Below are positions 1 through 64,000 of a DNA stretch of 64,000 nucleotides, one piece after another. The DNA is taken from positions 30,318,001-30,382,000 of the forward strand of contig OZ024745.1 of the NCBI GenBank assembly GCA_964016885.1, given 5' to 3'. The notes beneath the pieces were generated by a model. It was not told where the DNA came from, ran no database searches, and saw only the letters and a list, made by a program, of their open reading frames with translations. The stretch comes from Eledone cirrhosa. Lineage: Eukaryota. Both the position numbers and the translations under genes were made by a program. Position 1 is the stretch's first letter; each line of letters begins with the position of its first letter.

Positions 1-1686
1 GGAGGATGTAGAATAAGAAAATTTGATGGTGTGTTTGTTAAATATTTTACTATAGATATGTGAGGGAGGGAAGCATTTATTTAAGGCACTAAAAAATAAT
101 TTAGGAATATTGTTATTAATAGAGATGGAGGAAGGAGCATTATACCAGATTATGTTTTTGTATCTAGGTCTTTTATTAAAATTATTGGAATGATCATGAT
201 TAATTATTCTACTGTAAGTTTTTCTAGAATTTGTTTCTTTACTATATTTGATTTTATCTGGATAGCCGGCTTTAGAAAGTGCGTTATTATAGTAATTGGC
301 GTTAGCATCAAAGATGTTTTTATTAGAGGATATGTTAGATATTCTTTTTCCAATATTACTAACTATAGCATTCTTGATATTGGTAGGATGGTTAGATTTA
401 AAGTTAACATAATTTAGGTTCTCATTGTTTTTATGGTAAGGGTAATATAGGCCAGTGTCAAGATTAAGAGATACATCCAAGAAATTAGCTAGTTTGATAC
501 TATTATCAAATTCAATTTTTAGGTTATGTTGGTTAAAGAGATTACGTATATTGTTCTTAATAATATTAAGGTTAACTATATTGCAATTTAGGATAGTAAA
601 GAGCCCATCGTCACGATAAATTCCACCGCGAAGTTGAGGAATTTTCCGACTCAAAGAGTTCAAAATGAAGATACCAATTAAATCAGTCAATTGGGATGAA
701 TCGGATGCTCCCATTGTGATGTCGAAGTTGTTAGAGGTATCGGCTCTGGTCCAATATTCGTTGTTGAACTCTAGGATGGTTTTACGTGCGGTGAGGATGA
801 TGTGAAGTTCATCTGTGGTGATGTCAGAATATTTAAGTGCGAAAGATAGAGCATTATTGAGAAGTGAAGGCGAAATGGAGGAATAGTAGCTGGCAATATC
901 AAATTGAATAAATTTTAGTTTGTTTTTATTATCCAATTTGTTGAACCAGCCAATCACCTCAGAAGTACCAAACCATAAATTTAGGTTCAAAGAAGAGCAA
1001 TTAGAACTAACCTGTGGGATAATTCTATCCAAGATGGCTTTACTAACAACCCCCAGATCAGATTTAGAGGGGGCGATTAATCTAACAGGTAGTTCAGTGC
1101 GAAAATTGTTTTTGTGATCCTTGAGATTTATCCTCGGAGTTCTTGGGAGGAATGGTTCGGTCTTTTTTTCAATGCCAAGTTTTGACATAATCTCAGAGGC
1201 TTCAAGGTTTATGTATTCTAAATTTTCATGGTTGGTTTTACGATACTTTTTCCTAAGTTCCTTTAGGATAAGGTTGTTATAATTATCCTTGGAAATACCA
1301 TATAAGTTATTGGTTTTGTCAGAGTGGACTAAAACATTTTTTGAGGAATTTAGGTTAGAGATTGTGTTCTTGAGATTTAAAAGGTGCTCTTGTCCTTTGT
1401 AAGGGTATCTCTTGAATTTAAGATTTTTTATTATTTTAGTTAATTCTTCCTCGAATTGTACTAGATTTTTGTTGGAAGGAGGATTTCGTCTAGAATTAAA
1501 AAGATGATCGAGGAAGTTATGTTCTTTGGTATGGAAGTTCCCTTTTAGGCGCTGGTCATAGAAATAGGCTGTCCATCTAAGTCTTCTTACGAAGGAGTCA
1601 GTTTTTTCAATAAGAAGTTTGGTGAATTCAGATTTACCAGGTATAGGAATGTCTTTAGTTGAATTGGTTATGTTGTAATAATCCAT
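1..1686 (-). mobile_element. Penelope-like retroelement (Naiad-type) reverse transcriptase ORF, running off the left edge
   Basis: ATG at 1686 gives MDYYNITNSTKDIPIPGKSEFTKLLIEKTDSFVRRLRWTAYF. Same frame checked for GGIYRDDGL (RT catalytic motif, ~620-601) and HIYSKIFNKHTIKFSYS at the edge; FIQFDIASYYSSIS and NFDITMGASDSSQLTDLIG are also present. Confidence 0.9.
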
Positions 1687-4221
1687 GTTGTAGAAGAAGA
1701 GGTGAAGGACCATCAAAAGGTATCCAATATGAGAGTAAGCGCTCAACCGTTAAGGAGCAAGTTAATGTAGGAGGTGAGTTTTATTGTAGTACAATAAAGC
1801 AATGCAGATATCGGATAAGAAGCACTCTACAGTTTATATATATATATGGAAAACTTGGATTGGGAGACCCAGGAAAACCTGGGATTAATTTATAAAAGCT
1901 GACCATGCCCAATTGCACCTCTCAAAGACGATGACATTGGACCAAGACCTCTGGTGTTATTCCGGTGGATGGCTAATAGTAATGTACATAAACAGCAAAG
2001 TATAAACAAACAGAGAGAAACTAAGCATAGGAATTAGTTGCAGAGTGCAGGAGAGGAGATTGTGTTGGTATGGGCATGTGATGTGTATGAAGGATGACAG
2101 GTGTATAAAAAGGCACAGACTGCTCAAAGTCGATGAAAGACTTAGAGCGGGGAGACCCAGGAAGACTTGGGATGAGGTGATAAAAGCTGACCTTCCCTAA
2201 TTGCACCTTTTAAAGATGACACAGGAGCAACATAATAGTCGTTATGCAATAATACAGAAGATCCCCCCTACCCACAGACTGAAGCTGAAGTATATATATA
2301 ATATGAATATAGAGAGAATATTTTTTGTGTCTATCTTGTTTGTACTCCCATAAAGAGAGTTTTTCTCAATCATAATATAATATAATATAATATAATATAA
2401 TATAATATATATATATATAAATTTATATATATTTATATATGTAATTATTATTGGTGGATTGACAGTATAGGTAGAGGGTCTGACACCATGCTTTGCAGCA
2501 AAGAGTTACGGCCCTTTCAAAGAGTTATGGCCGAGGTTAACTTTGCCTTTCATTCTTACGGGCTTGACAAAATAAAGTACCGGTAACATACTGGGTAATT
2601 AATGACCTTGTGCCAAAAGTTGGAAACATCATCATCTTCCATCATCATCATCGTTTAATGTCTATCTTCCACGCTAGCATGGGTTATTATTATTATCATT
2701 GTTATTAAAGACGTGTTTCTTAAGAGTTAGAGAGTTGAATTCACAATTGTGAGTATGATATGTTGTGTTCTTGGGTGAAATATTTTAATTCATGTTGCTC
2801 CAGTTCACTCATTTGTAGAAATTAGTTGCAATGTCACTAGTGCCAACATGTATTGGCCTTTGCCTTCCTCTTGGACAACATTGGTGGAATGGAGAGGGGA
2901 GACTTATATGCATGGCAAATTGTTTGTCTTCCACATAAACACCATACCCAGGATGGTCCCTTAGAGGGGAAGTTTCCAGGTACAACTCCCATACTCATTC
3001 ATGATAGAAGGGGCTCTTTACCCTTTTTATATATCTATGTCTGCAAATAGTAAATTTCACAAGGAAAGTAGGAAATATGCAGGATGAATGTCTTCCTCTC
3101 CAGGCAGCCCCTGGGCAATGCAATTTCGTACCAAAGGTTGGTATTGCATAATATAGATATATAACTTGACCTATTGACACATTAAACGCCACCTAAATGC
3201 ACACTCACACTCACACTCACACATTAGAGAACAAAGAATTACCATCTAGATCATTTTATGAATAGAAAAGGAATTTTCTATTTAAACCAAGAGAATTTTC
3301 TATTGAACCAATTGGATCCTGATCTGTTGAACCCCACTTCCTTGATCACAACTCCACTTTCACAAAGAACATTTATATATGAAATTTTGACAAAAATTTC
3401 ACATATGTTCCAACTGACACAAAATATGAGAACAAACCTTTTATTTATTATATGACAAAATTGACATTCCAATCAAAACCAGTAATAACAAAATTTAAAT
3501 CCATTTAAAATGGTAATGCTGGAGCCATGATAAATGGCAACCAGTCCACTGGGTGCTGTGTCAAAAACCCACCCTCTCTTCACTGTAAGAAGTTTGCACT
3601 GGTGCCATGACAAAAAAGCACCTAGTTCACTCTGTTTAGATGGTACTGCTAGAGTCATGATAAAATGCTCTGGTACCTGCATATCTAGTTGATATTAAGG
3701 AGAGCATTCGGCTTTAAAAACAATGCCAGAATGGAATGTATGAGCAAAAAACAGTCATCTGTTCTTCGTAGCCAGCCTGAGTAGGTTACTACTAACACAT
3801 TTAAGTATATAAAAATAGACATAAAATGAAAATTATAATAATAAGTATATATATATATATATATATAAAATATGTAGTTTAGAAAGCCACAACAAAGCAG
3901 ATGGGAAATCTCGAGGTAGGAAGTGAGTGAGAAATAGGAGAAAAGTGAAAATTGAGAGAAACGAAAAAATGAAAACAAAACAAAGGTAGAAGTGTTACCG
4001 TAGTGGAGATTTAATCCCAATATTTCGGGCTCACGCCCATCAACGGGGTGAAAAGTTCCAAAAGGGGGGGAACAGGTTATATTTAATTTGTTGGGATTCA
4101 ACAAACTTAACATTTTTTTATAACTGATATAAAGCACACAACAGATTATCCAGGAAGCTCCAACCATTAAGGTTGTTTTTTTTTTCCGGGTATGTCAATA
4201 TTTATTTATAAAACAAATCTG

Positions 4222-4287
4222 TATTTTATCTGATGAAAGCGCACCATAATTTGCCTTGGTGGCCCTTGAAATATGTATAATAAAATA
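4222..4287 (+). ncRNA. Minimal type I hammerhead ribozyme
   Basis: tattttat-CTGATGA-aag..cacca/tggtg..ctt-GAAA-tatgt-ATA-ataaaata; 8-bp perfect stem I. Confidence 0.7.
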
Positions 4288-4774
4288 AATATGGTTCTAT
4301 AAATATAGTTGCCATTTATTAATATATTGTATATATATATATATATATATATTTAGGCGGGCGATGGTCGTCAGTCATCCCGTCTAATTGGTTATTGTTT
4401 ACTGGCACATGGTCAAACAAGGAAGAAGGAACATACCTCAACTTTATGTTATAAAAACATTTTTAATAGGAGCAATTACAGAATATATACAAATACATTA
4501 GTGCTCCTAGGTTGGGATATATTTAAGTCGTCATATACTGCTGCATGGTGTGATGTCATCCTTTGGATCACTGCATGTAGATAGCACGATAGAGATAGCA
4601 CGTCTATTGTCTCCGAGCTCTCATTGTCCAAGTGTTTTTGTCTCAGCTACTGACGTCAGAACTAAGGGCAGATAATCGACTGCATTCACAGTCGACGCTA
4701 GACGGCGTGATCTTCTACACTCACACTTATATATATATACACACACACAAATATATAAATTATATTAAACATAC

Positions 4775-63092
<58,318 letters not shown>

Positions 63093-64000
63093 CTAATGTT
63101 AAAGAAAAAAATTAACAGAATGGCTTACATTTCATTAGAAACAATATATTACATTGACTTTCCCCTCCTCATATATATTCATATATATATGTGTGTGTGT
63201 GTGTGTGTATATATGCTCCCATAAACCTGGTAGAGTTGTAAAGATGTTATAGTTCACAGAATTTCTGGGGCATTTTGTTTAAACCTGGTAGAGCGCATCC
63301 CTTCTCTAGATCTAAATATATCATAATTCTTCAAGAGAAGGAGAGAGAGCATGAGAGAAAGGAAGTGAAAAAGAGTTATAGAGGAAAGATCATCTCCCTT
63401 GGCAACATGAAAAGAAAAGTTCACCTCAGCAGGATTTGAACTCAGATCTCATTTTAATTGGAAGAAGAAATCCTGCTAAGTCTATTGAATGTTCTAACAA
63501 CTAACAATTTTTGGCCTATATTATATATACATATATATACATATGGAAGCCTTGGAGTGGGAGACCCAGGAAGATTTGGGATGAGGTGATAAAAGTTGAC
63601 CATGCCCAATTGCACCTCTCAATGCAGGAGAGGAGATTGTGTTGGTATGGGCATGTGATTTATATGAAGGATGGCAGCTGTATAAAAAGGTGTAAAGTGC
63701 TCAAAGTCGATGGCAGCCTTGGAGTGGGGAAACCCAGGAAGACTTGGGATGAGGTGATAAAAGCTGACCTTCCCTAATTGCACCTCTTAAAGATGACACA
63801 GGAGCAACATAATAGTCGTTATGCAATAATACAGACGACCCCCCCCCCTTCCCACAGACTGAAGCTGAAGTATATATATAGTATGAATATAGAGAGAATA
63901 TTTTTTTTATCTATCTTGTTTGTACTCCCATAAAGAGAGTTTTTCTTACTTAATTTTGATATAATATATATTTATATATGTTATTATTATTATTATTATC

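Noticed and set aside
3258-3455. MNRKGIFYLNQ.. ORF repeated at 28055 and 47146
   Set aside because: Frameshifted in unit 1 relative to units 2 and 3, antisense to the host gene, no homology recognised.

Overview
AT-rich eukaryotic (metazoan) genomic DNA. The (TA)n tracts, RTE LINEs and tRNA-headed SINEs are consistent with an octopus/coleoid genome, but that assignment is an inference. The ORF track misses the main feature. The whole window lies inside one large minus-strand gene made of 27 tiny paralogous exons (45, 48 or 51 nt). Every exon is AG..GT-bounded, a multiple of 3 long and stop-free in phase 1-1, and each encodes a 15-17 aa repeat (consensus ~E-I-L-h-A-A-x-K-K-E-G-h-L-T-x-E-E). 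The exons form three copies of a 9-exon higher-order unit (A-I; about 25, 16.5 and 20 kb), and the array runs off the right edge and probably the left. By hand count, paralogous exons differ mostly at nonsynonymous sites and diverge more than a sampled stretch of intron. Each exon is flanked by two conserved intronic motifs that are partly complementary. The introns hold unit-specific insertions: an apparently intact Naiad-type Penelope ORF, other Penelope relics, several minimal hammerhead ribozymes, foldback elements, RTE LINEs, SINEs, a DD37D (maT) mariner, a hAT MITE and a deleted Helitron. All coordinates, translations and counts were made by hand and should be confirmed computationally.
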